Shown: positions 23,767 through 36,200 of the stretch, piece after piece | Layout: each line of letters starts with the position of its first letter | Numbering within the stretch: position 1 is the stretch's first letter | Assembly (NCBI GenBank): GCA_008632985.1 | Contig: QPGO01000001.1 | Span: 528,404 to 592,403 of the forward strand | Length of the DNA: 64,000 bases | Reading direction: 5' to 3' | Source of the DNA: Psammoneis japonica | Lineage: Eukaryota | Position numbers and translations under genes: made by a program | The notes under the pieces: generated by a model | The model's database searches: none | Seen by the model: the letters and a program-made list of their open reading frames with translations, nothing else | What the model was told of the DNA's origin: nothing

Positions 23767-24922
23767 GACACCAAATTTGCTGACACGGGCACATTGAAGT
23801 GCACCTCAAGGGCCTCACGTTGTTCGTTGACGTTGCCTTGGACAGAGGCCACCCATCCGGGCTTGAGCGCAGATGCCAAGTCGGCCCACATCTGCGGCAA
23901 TTGGGTCTCTTGGCAGATCTGACACAGGCGCATGATGATGAGCGTGGCTTGCACACCAAAAGCCTCCCGCGGGGTCTTGCCGCGTGCGCCAGCTTGTGAG
24001 CGTGCCTGCGCATCCAACCTCTGCTGACGTTGCTCTGCGTGAGATTGTCAATGGCAGCAATCACAGGCTGAAAATGCTGCAATGTTTGCCCTTGTTGCCC
24101 CACACGGTTGGGCAAATCCCGATTGACCTTCCTCTCAAAGTGCTGAGTGAGGGATTTGTTCAGTGGCTGGGGCAGAGTGGGCCAGTCCCTGATCACAGCC
24201 GAGGCTGCATGATCCTGCTGGGCAGCTGCACATGCCACCTTAAGGAAATCTAACAAGGGGCGGCACTCGTTGACTTGATTTGCCGCAGTCGCCGCACCAT
24301 GGATTCGTGCGAAGGCCGGTTTGGGCGTCAGTGCAGTCAAGAGTGGAAGATCAACATGACTGAAAGGCACGAACATGCAATTGCGTGTCCGCACCTCTGC
24401 TGCATTGGCAGTCTGATTGGCAACATGGGGGTGAAACCCCTCTGGGTCTGCCGTGATGGCGGCCAAAATCGCGGCATCATCCAACATGTGTGCACCATGG
24501 GGTGCAAGATTCATCATCTCCACCGGGAACTTGGTGCTGGTTGATGCTGGTTGACCGCCAAATCACCTGCAATGCCGCAGTTGCACCCATCCCAGGGTTG
24601 GGCTTGTCCCACCACCGTTGTGGGGTGTGCAGACAGCCTGTGCAAGATCTGGACACGTCCGGGCTTGTTGGCTTGGCCTGGTGAACGACAGTGCATGGCA
24701 ATCATTGGCATGTCGTGCTCTGATGCGGCAGCAATCCTGGCGCACAAAGCTTGAGGATTGAACCTTGACGGTCCATTGATGCCAGCTGCAAAGTCCATCA
24801 TGGCTTCTTGGTGCTGCTGTCCCTGGTGCGGGTCACAGTTGGCTGCTCCACAGCAGTCGGCGTGCATCAGCATTGCCCACGGTTGCGGCGGCACTGGCGC
24901 CACATTGGGTCCCTGTGCAGCC

Positions 24923-25120
24923 GGTGCCTGACCAGGAGCTTGAGGTGGTGCCAGTTGCTGTTGCCCAACGGGTGGTTGCTGCACCGGTTGATTCATGGGG
25001 GGTTGCTGTCCTTGCAGCGGTGGTGCCTGACCAGGAGCTTGAGGTGGTGCCAGTTGCTGTTGCCCAACGGGTGGTTGCTGCACTGGTTGATTCATGGGGG
25101 GTTGCTGTCCTTGCAGTGGT
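24923..25120 (-). repeat. 99-bp in-frame tandem duplication in the gag-like Q/P-rich region
   Basis: PPLQGQQPPMNQPVQQPPVGQQQLAPPQAPGQA occurs twice. Confidence 0.85.
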
Positions 25121-25539
25121 GGTGGCTGTGGCTGCTGCAGCCCTGGAGCAGGCTGCCATGGCTGTTGGCCCACCGGTGGTGCCGGATGTGCGGGTGCGGT
25201 GGTGGTGCGCTCTGCTGAGCATTTGCATTTCCCAGGTCCGGTGGAGTGCCAGGATTCAACATGATGTTTTGAATTGGTTGCACTCCTGCTTGCATGAAGA
25301 AAGGATGAGGAAAAGTCAACAACAGCGGCGGAGGTCTCCTGCATCGAACTCAACAGCGATTGGCTGTCTAGAGCCCGGCTTGCTGTTGTTGTTCTCGAAA
25401 GAAGGAAAAACAAACGAAAGCTGGAGAAGAGTCATTCTGACTCCCGTGCAACGTACGGCACTTTCAAAGGGAAGGAATTGGGAACCCCTCTTTGCGGATC
25501 TCACGAGGACAGGGAGTGACCTCTTCCACTGACACAGAT

Positions 25540-25799
25540 GGCCTGTTCCAGCTCCAGGTGATCCATGCGGGTTCGATTCCCATCATTTGACAATTTGTGC
25601 ATTTGGCGCATTGAACTTTTTCAAAATCCGTTTTTTGCCAAATCAAAGGGCAAGTGCACACTTTGCATGCATTTTTGGGTGTGCAATTGCCTTTCGATTT
25701 TCGAAAGAATCAAAATTGAAGGAGTTTGATGCGCTGAACTGTGCAGAAAATTGGCCTCTCGTGTGATGAAAAGCGGATCACCTGGAGCTGGAACATGCC
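25540..25799. mobile_element. 260-bp MITE related to the GAC-TIR family
   Basis: TIR GGC(C/A)TGTTCCAGCTCCAGGTGATCC at both ends; 4-bp TSD AGAT. Confidence 0.85.
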
Positions 25800-26529
25800 A
25801 GATGTCACAAGATCGAAAGAAGTCAAAGGAACGACCAGTCAAAAAACAAAGGATGAGCATGCCATTGGACAATGTGACGACCACAAATGCGCATTGCGAG
25901 GTTGACAATTCACCCCACACTCTGTCACACATTGCCCGCGCTCATGTCACAACAAGAAAATGCTGCACATTGGAGCACAGACCAAAAAAGAAGGTGAAAC
26001 AAAAGAAACACAGTTGGAGGACAACAACAAAAATGAACCATTGCACCACTTCAGTCGATGAAACATTTTGTGACATGTGCGGCACTCGTCAAAACCTCCC
26101 CAATGTGTGCACATGATGTGGGCAAATGAGATGAATCTTGTGCACAACTTGCCCCATGGAAAGACGCGACCATGACGGTGCAAACGACGAAAAAAGGGGT
26201 CTGTAAGTCGTTCTCCATTTTTGATTTTTGTGCAACTGGCCAGATTTAGCTCAGCACTGAAAAATGTAACGATCCGTGTGATGATGGAGGTCTTTCTCTT
26301 CCTCTTCTTCCCGCACCAATTACAGACCTCCCAAGCTGGGAGTGGATGGGCGGGCCGGGAGCGATAATGACTGTTTTCTGGCTTTTTGAATCAGTGATCT
26401 GATGGAAGGACAGGCCGAGTGCGACCATTGTATTTTTATTTTTTCCCTCGCGGTCCGCCATGGTGGTGTCATAGCTTTTTCCGTTGCCGCTGTCACCGTC
26501 GTCCCTGAACAACAAAACGGTATCATACC

Positions 26530-27682
26530 ATGGCAGAGTGCTACTCAATCGAAAAGGCCGCTGATGGATCTGCAGGTCAAAAGAGGTACAGGAAAAGCAC
26601 CACATTGACCTTTCAGAACGCCTGCAGCATCAGAAAGCTGCTCTTGCAGAGGCTGAACGGCGTGTAGAAAAGCTGCGTCATGACATTATCAAGACAGAGG
26701 CAGAGCTGAGAAAAGCAACATTACTCTCCCCTTCAGAAGCGCCAGTACAGGACGTGTTGGGGAGTCCGGATATCGTGGTGAATGAGATCTTTGCGTTTCT
26801 CTCCATACCTGACCTCGGGCGTTCTGCCGCTGTCTGTCGCGAGTGGACAAGTTATGCTCGTAAGGAACATCTCTGGCGAACTCATGCAATGAAAAAGTGG
26901 CCGCATACTCCGTCCTCTGCCATATCCAACTTTTACTGCTATTGCCGAAGTCAGATTACTCAAAAAAAACTTTCGAAGGGGAGCTCATTTATCCACATTA
27001 CAACAAGCAGGTGAATAGCAAGTATGCCGACGACGAGTACTACATTCTCTATGAGCTACCGCGTATTATGGAAGATACCGAGGATGGACAACAGAGACCT
27101 GTATCTCGATGTGTAAAGTTGGACGAGTCTCTTGAAATCCTTGAACAGAATCATTATGAGGAGTCGATCTGTAACTGCCGCAATCGTTGAGCACACAAGT
27201 CGGCTTTTTTACGTCTGCCGCTTGAATTGATTTGCAGCTCCTTTCCAGTACGTGAACTTCTCCAGAGATTCAGGGAACTCAAGATATCCATTCTTCGGAG
27301 ATCAGACAGCAAAATGGCGCTGATAATGGACCCTGGCAGCCAACGATATTGCAACGGATGGGATTGATGACTGGCATCCTGAAGATGTCATCACTCAGGA
27401 CACTACCAGTACCTGAGAGATATACCAAACTTTTTAGACACGAGACACAAAACATCTATTGGAGACAGGTTGCCACTTGGATTACGAGCCAAAGCTGTTT
27501 TGCAGTTTCCCTCTGACCGCGAATTCGTGGGAGGACGTCCCGTCGCCGAGCTTGGAGTTGATACGACGTATACTTGGCCTCATCGAGATGATCTCTTACA
27601 GGTGCGCTTCGAGTCACTGATTCTTGGTTTTGATCTGCATGATCAATCCAGGGAGGAGAGTTATTTTATGAGACACACATGA
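26530..27682 (+). pseudogene. F-box protein pseudogene (several frameshifts)
   Basis: Coiled coil then VLGSPDIVVNEIFAFLSIPDLGRSAAVCREW...LWR (F-box). Frame breaks at about 26605, 26965 (poly-A) and further downstream. End approximate. Confidence 0.7.
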
Positions 27683-28169
27683 CTCCAGCCTATGATAAGG
27701 CGTGTCTAAATCAATTCCTCGAAATGGCTGGTGTTGAATGGCATTGATGGGTTTTTTTAATTCAAACTTCATCTTGATGCAGTTATTGAACCTAAGCCCG
27801 GCAGTGATGAAGACACTTGATTTCCGCAATTCTCTGCATAACACTAGTAGGTTGAAACCAAGTCCAATATATGCCTTTACATGAGTGCGTTTTAGCAAAG
27901 CTACCTACAGTACAATGATTTCCATTTCGATTCCCTGCTAGTCGTGCATTGGTAGAGCTTTTCCGTCGCCATAACACAATTTTAGTAGAACTTGTGCCAG
28001 CCCAAAGGAAAATCTAAGTATAACATTTGTCAGATAAACGTTGATGTCATTCGTGTCAAATTCCAAGACAGACCACAAGAAACAATTCATCAAAATTCAA
28101 GCGTGAAGGGGAGTGGAAGAGTCGTCCTCGCAACACTGCCCAAAGCTGATCTTGTGGCCAGCTTGCAAA

Positions 28170-29900
28170 GTTAAATCTAGAAAGCATTTAAAAGGATGAT
28201 GATTGTTGTTGTTGTTCAAAATGCCAGATGAAGGAGAATGTTGCATGTTTATTGCCACAGGCTTCCACCCAATCAAAATCAGCCCATCGGCTCTTGGAAA
28301 GACCCAAATGCTTCAAAGGAGAGTGGTCAGCCAATGTGCAAAGGCAACGCAATGCCAGTCATCTTTTTTGTAGAGTTGCACTCTCCATCCCACCCACAAC
28401 AATCTTTGATGATGCAACACACTGCATTGCAACCAAACAATCCTCCCAGCTAAAATGGTCAGAAGGGGGGGGGCGCAGATGGGCTTCACCTGATGCTTGG
28501 TGGCCTGCAGCTCAGCTTGTGCCATTTCTTCAAGCACTTCCCCAAAGCCAGTGAGGAGCTGTGCCACACCCCTGTCTGACATGGTTTGTGTCTTCATTTG
28601 TGGTCAATGGCTTTGCAAGACATTCAGTCATGATGTGCCATTGGTGGAAACTGTCCAAAGTGAGCCCATCTTGGCCATTTGTGAAGAAAGTGATGTGAGG
28701 TTGCAGCCAGCAAAGCATGTGTGTGGCACCATTTCCCAGAGCATGGCAAGCAGCCAAAAACTTTGGAGCTTCAAAAAATGCCAAAGGAGCTTGGGGGGCT
28801 GCTCCCCTGTCTTGACAATCAAAAGTGTCTTGGGTTTCTGGGTCACAGAAGTCAAACCTCCTGAGGCAACAAATGCTTGGAGGTGAGAAGGTTTTACATC
28901 ATTTTTCAAAAGACAGGTCACTTGCTTCATAAATGAGATTGTCCAACATGTCATCTGACAATCCTTCTGTGTGACTTTCAACAGCATTGTGGAGTGCATC
29001 CAGATTCTTGTTGATCTCATGCAGAGCACATGCTGGAAATGACTCATCAGCTTGTGGTTCAAAATTTTAAACAAGGAGAAAGCATTGGTGGTGTGCTCAC
29101 TGAAATCATCAGCACCTGTGGGGTCAACCATCTCAACCAAGATTGGAGCAGCAGGTTTGGCCGCAACAGTGTCCCTCTCAGCCATTGAAGCAGGAGCAAA
29201 GGATGCTGAAATGGCTGCATGGGCCCAGCAACTCCTCAACTTGCCACATGGGTCTTGGCAATCCAGCCAATGAGGCAACAGGGTGCAAGTCCAAAAAGTC
29301 AAGGTCACTTGGTTCTTCAGCCAGGTCATGGAGCACTTGTGTTCCATCTTCTTGACCTTGTCCAACTTCACACACGTGAACCTTGTGGTTGAAGAACTCA
29401 GATGCCATCTTGGATGCTCAAGTCAAAACAACAGAGCCTGTGTCAACTGACAGTGCATGGCCCATCTGCACAATCTTGACCAGATGCAGAGCTTTTGTCA
29501 TGAGCTCAGTGCAATTCTTGCAAGGGCAGGACTCAAGCAATGGTGCCTTGAGCTTGTCCTTGGCAGACTCAACATCAACAAGAGCACTTGCATTGCAAGT
29601 GTCCAGAGCGGCCATGAACAATGCTGACCCTTGATGATCCTTGAAGTTCTTCATGTGGTTGAACTTCACTTGGATCTTCTTGCAGAATGTTTCCTTGATG
29701 CGAGACTTGACAAACAGTCAAGAGAGACTGATGTTGTCCATCTCATGCTGATCACAGCCTTTGTCACCAGAAGCCTTGGTGCAAGTCTTGTGCTCCTTCT
29801 CAAGGTCACAGACAGCAGCAATGATGGCATGAAGACAACTGAATGGGGGGGGGCACACAACCTTGCTGTTAGATCGCTTGAAGCAGCAGAAGTTTTGCTG
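28170..29900 (-). mobile_element. Degenerate, internally deleted LTR-retrotransposon remnant (Copia-like gag)
   Basis: TpA-depleted block. A Zn-knuckle-like CLPCSGKWCHTH and a QWHIMTECLAKPL segment resembling the Copia RNase H end (ADxxTKPL). Confidence 0.4.
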
Positions 29901-30262
29901 CCTGTTCAATTCCACGAGGTCTCAGATGGCTGCTGCCGCCCCAGAGGTCAACATTGATGACATTGTTTCAACGGACAAACCTTTTGTTGGACCAGGAAGA
30001 GAATCTCTTGATGGATCTGTCGAAAGAGAAGCTGTTGAAACACGGAATAATTCTGACGGCGGCTCGGCCAGAGTTGGAGACGAGAGTGCCACATCTGGTT
30101 CGCTCTCCAGTGGTGAGGAAGACATCGAGAAGGTTGTCTGTGTGCCTGCAGGTGCTGCACGAGAGGACTCTAGGTATCGCCATTCATGATGTGGAAGCAA
30201 TAGATCTCGACTGCAGTCGGCAGGGGCCACGAAAACAACTTGCCGCTCTATAAAGTTTATCA

Positions 30263-32115
30263 CTATTTTTTTCGCATGACATCTCCGGAATGAAGGATGG
30301 CACCATCTTGGGCATTTCTGTTTTGGTAGTCAACCGTGTCCATCAGAGTTTTGCCCTTGTACACAAGTCGCATCCAAAAACTTTGTGTTTGTGCCTGGGT
30401 AGCCCCACACATCCCTGAAGACAACCCTTTGAAGGTCAGAAGAAGCGCTGTACGTTTGCCCTTTGGAAAGAATCTTGCTTGTGCCACTAGCATGTACACG
30501 AGAAAAATGCATGCCCTCTTTGTGATAGTTCTTCCGAAGCGAGTTTTGTACGTGCTGGCGCAAGTATCTCGCCATTGTAGCTTGGATGGTGGACACCTTC
30601 CACCAACAAACGCAAAAAATCCGTGCCAGGTATTTACCGTAAGGATATGGTTTATCTGCGTCCGAAAGTGAGTAAAACTCATCACATGATAAGTTGAAGC
30701 TGCCTCCGGTCCTGTAGGTTCCGGTTGACCAAAGTATCGGTCGTAGCGATTTGCCCGCTCTTGCGTTGTCGTACCGAGGCAGGTTGATCGGTAGAAATAG
30801 ACATGAAACATGCAGAGACGAAGGCTTACAGACATTGCATCAAGCGTCAAGCAAACCCTCTCTTCGGCCTTCTCGGCAGTTTCAGGCCTTCCAAACTCAT
30901 CCTGCGTGTGCTCCAGTTGAGGGTATTTGGTGCAGCACCACAAAACGCCGCGATCGAAATTCTCCGTCAAGTACGTTCCCCGAAGGTCATTCCAACCAAA
31001 ATCCTTTTCGTCCACCACCATGAGCAGTGGAAGAATAGAACCAAGACTTGGACAGGACTTCTTTGTGCGGTATTGCTCAGAAGAGACAAATTTGCGAAGT
31101 CGTAACAATGCCACGCGTTTGACGTTGGGGAAATGGTGGGCTAGTGCCAAGAACAACCGATGAATGTTCAGGAGACCAGTAAAGCTCTTTCGGCTTGCAG
31201 AAATCCCTTGGTCCGAAAGTAGTACTGCAAAGGTGTTGACGATTTTTGGCATAACGTCCAATACCATCTCCTCAAATGTGTCATTTCGATCACCACCCTT
31301 CCTAGCTACCGGGTACCACAGCCTGATTATTGTCTTGCGAATAAGAGGCAGAGCACGTCGGAAATGATCTTCCGTGAAGTAGAGAGGCAAGAACAGCTCA
31401 AACTTGTTGCCAAAGGCATCGGCGCGAATGCGGAATTGTTTGAATGCGGTGATGCTGAGCAGATCTTGGGACAGGTCAATGTAATCCACGTTCTTAGTTC
31501 GCGGATTGACAGTATGGATATAGCTGACGCCTACTCCCAGTACATCTTCGAAAAAGGTCTTTTGGGTAGAGAAGCATTTCAAGCGATCGACGATCTTTGT
31601 CAAAGACATTTGGTAAAGCAACTTCCAGTACTTCATATTCTTCGACGTCAATTCACTTTGCGGAAAGCGTTGACGAAACATGGTCTGCCACAGATACCCT
31701 TCTTCCGAAATCTTCTTGGAGAACTTGGAACAAGCTCCCAAGGAAGCCATGTCTTAGACGTCATAAGGTAAATCCAACAGCAGACATTTCGGTTTACACT
31801 CTTGCTCCGGTTCTTCCTGACGAGAAACCAATTCTGCTTGAAGAGATACTTGTTCCTGATCAGCAGCGGCTGCAGCAGCAGCAGCTGCTTCTGCAGCGCG
31901 TCTACGAGCATTTCGGCGCTGGTTCTTTAGAGAACTCTTGCTGAGTAGGACTCGGCTTTGCATGTGGGTTCAAAGATGAATTCTTGGAAGCAGCAAAAAC
32001 CTGGGTAGGACTTGGTTTCAGATGCTCGCTCTTTTTAGACCCGACGGCTACCCAATCACTGCCATCAGTCTCTTGTAGACTCACGGCTGGAACCGGCTTC
32101 TCGGGAGAGAGTCAT
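30263..32115 (-). pseudogene. Disrupted F-box protein gene with a large C-terminal domain and TerD-like tail
   Basis: PAM2-like SSLNPHAKP; F-box LLLDLPYDV*...SLGACSK...LWQTMFRQRFP with an internal stop at 31754-31756; frameshifts at about 30575 and 30365; tail FLDATC...TVDY...AILHSGDVM. Confidence 0.6.
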
Positions 32116-32468
32116 GGATGCTTGATTTCTTCTTCTTTGACGATGGAGCCTTTGCAGTAGGCCGCTCTAAAGCAGAGCTTTTCCAACAATCCTCAGACGA
32201 GTAGGACTATTTCGCAACCAACTTTGGCTCGCCTTTGATGTGCTCCTGGATTTTCATTCCACGTCAAACTTGCAAACAGACGAAACACTTGCGCAGACAG
32301 CGAATCCAATTCAATCCACATCTGGATGAATCGAACCGTTCCGGGATCATTTAAATGTTCCTGTACAAGGCTCTTGATTTTGTGGTATCTTGGTCAGGCA
32401 GTAGCGGCTCTTGCCCTTTTGCGAGTACTAGTTGCTCACGGTTGTGACGGTATTTCAACGTTTCAGTT

Positions 32469-33089
32469 TCAATTGTTCAATCCGAATCTCTCTCGAAAGG
32501 ATTCAACTATCATTTGATGACACACCATGTCCTTGTCTCGACACCTTGTTCCCTGATTTAAACACTGCCCTTTTGGCTCGCCGTATAGTTCTGAACCCCA
32601 AATGGCACTGGTTCGTTCTTGTGGCACTTGTTCAAAATACGGATTCTCGTTGTTGTGTTGTGAGACATTGTAAAAGTTAACAAAGTAGCTCACGAGCCAA
32701 TCCGCGTGCATGCAATTGCCAGCCTTCTACCATTTTCTATAGAGTCGATATGGCTGTTCTACAAGATAGGAATTCATGAGTTCCACAACACTCATGCCTT
32801 TGCGATAGAATTGACAATCTCCAATCAAATTTTCCTGTGTTCGATTGCAAATCCCATCAGAACAATCAATTGGTCGCATCAGATTAAAGAGCGCACCCTT
32901 GTTGAACACCATGCCAAATCCGCCCCAAGCAAAGGTAAAGTTCACCTCTTGCACGCTGTGCCGGACCCGACAGCCGGCATGGAAAATACATTGTTCCGGA
33001 AAGTGAGCGACCAAGATGTGCTTCCTGGTGATATATGTTCTCTTGCATGTAGCAAGGCATTGTGACACAGTCGCCCCATGAACGAACAT
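32469..33089 (-). pseudogene. Fragment of a Fringe/GT31-like glycosyltransferase gene
   Basis: FTFAWGGFGMVFNKGAL..LMRPIDC followed, after a stop codon, by HADWLVSYFV. No N-terminus visible. Confidence 0.4.
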
Positions 33090-33247
33090 CTACAATCCTT
33101 GATCTATGAGATTGACATTTTCGGAAACGACATTGTTGCTCCTTTGTAGCATTTCGAATGACGATTCTTTTTATCTGCACTGGTGGAGTTGAAGATGGCG
33201 GTCTCAATAGCACATCGCACCATTCTAATTTCTCTGTCGCAGAATCG

Positions 33248-36200
33248 TCATGCTTGACTGCGCATGTTTACCTGAGCCTCGGCAAATCTTCCTTGTTGAA
33301 ACAGCACACGCGTCAATCCTCTCCGGTACTTTTGGGTCTCGTGGTGCTGGTTCCCGAGTTTCTTCACAGCTCCCTCGAGAGCCAAACGAGTGTATGTTTC
33401 CGCGTTGTCGAACCTACATTGCCTTTCATAAAATTTGGCAAACTCATACGTTGTCAACAGTGTGTCTGGATGATCGGGCTCAAGATGCTGGCGCATTAGG
33501 AGCAATGCCTCTTCGAACAAAGGTCCCGCCTCTGCAATTTTTTCCTGGTCACGGAGGGCGACGGCAACACCAGTCATTGCGATGAGCGTTCCAGAGTGTG
33601 TCAAGCCAAACACAGAGCTGTATCCTGCAAATGCTTCCCTAAACAGCTCTTCTGCCTTTTTGTTGGCAAAAAGATTTTTTCGAACATTGCCCAGGTTATA
33701 AATGACTGCGAGTGTGTCGGGGTGCTGGCTGCCCAGCAAGCGTCGCTGTACAGGCAGTATCCTCTCGAGAAGCTCACCAGCTTCTGCATATTGTCTAGCA
33801 TCTTTTAGCGCAACCGCCAAATCGTTCACACTAGCAAGCGTGTGATGGTGTTCCCTACCAAGCTGGCTTTCTGAAACAAACACAATGTGTCTGCAAAGCG
33901 GTATGGCTTGTTGAAACTTCCCCTGTTTCCTCAGCATACGAGCTGAGTGGGTTGCAATCAATAGAGTGTCTATGTGGTCGTTGCCAAGCAGTCGACGGAA
34001 GTAGTTCAAGGTTTTAGAATAAAGGGACTCAGCGTCTGCAAAATTTCCTTGGTTTTCATAAAAGTTTCCCATGTGTATGCTTGCTTCTGCGGCCTCGCGA
34101 CTGCCCTCGCCACACGCTGTTTTAGACACTGTAATTGCCTCCTGCAGAAGCGGTTCTGCCTCAGGCAGTTTCCCTTGATCGACAAGACACCGGCCCAAGA
34201 GAGACAAGCATGCGAGTGTGCACTTATCTTCACTACCAAATCGGTTCTTACATGTTCTGAGTGTCTCATCAAGAAGTTCGACCGCTTCGGGCAGTCTGCC
34301 GAGTGATGCGAGCACGATTGCCAGGTTGTAGGCGGTTTGGAGAGTGGGCTTGTCGTCATGCCCGAGCAAAGTGCGTTGGCAAGTCAACACATCCTGCAAC
34401 AACTTCTCAGCATCAGCCAAACATCCTTTCCTCCTTAGAAGCTCAGCCAAATTGGCTGTCGAAGACAGGGTGGCTCGATGTTCCTTGCCATACCTTTTTT
34501 GAAAAAAATCAATCACCTGGCGGCAGGTTTTTTCAGCTTCCGAGAATCGACCTAAATGTTTCAGGAAAACGGAGTAGTTGCTGAGCGTCATGTTCAACCA
34601 TACGGGATTGCACGTTGGGTCTTCTTGAAGTTCATCTACTACTAAGCACGCCGAATCCGCGAGCCATGAGCGTACTTGTTGACCAACAGCACGATTCACC
34701 GCGTGCAGCCCTTTCTGTTGCATGTGTTGGAGAATCACCTCGCGGTCCCTTGAGTCCTCGGCGGTGGCATTATACGCATCAATTTTCGAGAGCGATTCAT
34801 TGAAGTTGTCTACGCCCATCTCCATGTTTCTGAGCACTTCACGTAGCTCTTGTGGTGGCAACAGTACGGAAAACCTTGCATTAGCTTCTACAGTGCAGAA
34901 AATCTCCCATAGAACCCAAGTCTTCCCTAATGCCCCCATCACGTCATCCAGCCGTTCAAGCATCAAGACAGTCTTTCCTATTTCGTTGATCTGTCCTTCA
35001 AGTCCATGGACCAGCTGTTTGCTGAAGGTTGCTCGATAATCTTTGCATCCAGTCCAAACGAACTGGTTAACACAGAATATGTCCATCCAGAAGTGCTCTT
35101 GTCCATCCAACTGGCTCAAGGTTCTTATGAATTGCCGAAGCGTGTACATTCCTGTATATGATAGGAATGATGTTGGCTCGGAGACGACAGAGCTGTCTGC
35201 CTCAAACGCACTAACAATATGTTGAACCAGCGGTCCGTTATAGATGCCTCGCCGCCGCAAGAGCTCGATGACACAAACCTTGCGGAAAAACCACAGCGGG
35301 CAGTCTAGCTTGATGAGTTGTTTAACATATCGAATCTCGCAGAAGACGTGCAGGAACCAATCAATTTGGATTCCCTTCCATTGAACCAGTTCGCCATCCA
35401 TAGATGTATTATTCAGCATTTCCAAAACGGAGTCAACAGTGGAAGAATCCTCCATTGGAGGGTCGCAATCTTTGTCGTAGAGTTGTATTGCAAATGCGAT
35501 TTCCTGACGAAGGACCGTCTTACCACTAACGCCAACATTCGTTTTGACCCATGTGTCGAACTCGCTAGTTGCTTGAGTTGTGTTTTCAGTTCGAGTCCAT
35601 TCTGGGATGAAGTGGCGCTGTTGCCCTTTGTAAATATCTTCAATTCGATCCACAGCCATCTTGACGGAAGAATCGTTTTCGTAGCCGGGGTCCTCTTTCA
35701 GGATGGTGGCATCGTCGTAAAGCTGTTTTGTCGTAGCTATACAGTAGGTGATTTCGTCCGAGGAAATCGTTTCTTTGTATTTGTCAGTTACAGTGAGCAT
35801 CACTTCAGCCAAGTGACGCACATATAAGCTTCTCAAATGGCTCGTCATCTGCACCACCAACAAGTCGTCAGAAGCGTCGGTGGCATGAATGATAACCGAG
35901 AGGGAGCTGTACAAGTCTCGGATCTTCTTTAGGTTTTCAAGTGCGGTACTGATGTTTTTTTCTCGATTGTATTTTCCTAATTTCTCGCGGTAGAGTTTCA
36001 AACTCTCTATACGGCTCTCAAGTTGCAACTGCAATGTCACCGTCCCGAGACTCTTGACGGAAGGTTCAAACCCTTGAGCAGCTCCTTCTTTGAACCACTT
36101 CTGAGCTTCACGAAGGTCCCTTTTTACAAGACGGCCTATCGCATACATGGTTCCCATATTGTGTTGGGCTCCAGGAATGCCTTGGAGAGTTGCCATGTCA

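Larger units (their letters stand above)
19718..25512 (-). mobile_element. Degenerate DIRS-order (Ngaro/PAT-like) tyrosine-recombinase retrotransposon with split direct repeats
   Basis: Sense order is A1 (25512-25356), gag-like Q/P-rich ORF, RT (HVDDYIG, GWLIDT), RNase H (HDAAGHSAGGV, NTDLELVG), YR N-terminus (RTAEDAARSVGQMFSAMGAPDP...KKEDPPPDQVKPI, about 20470-20300), B1 (20169-20016), A2 (20016-19891), B2 (19871-19718). YR catalytic domain apparently deleted. Confidence 0.85.
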
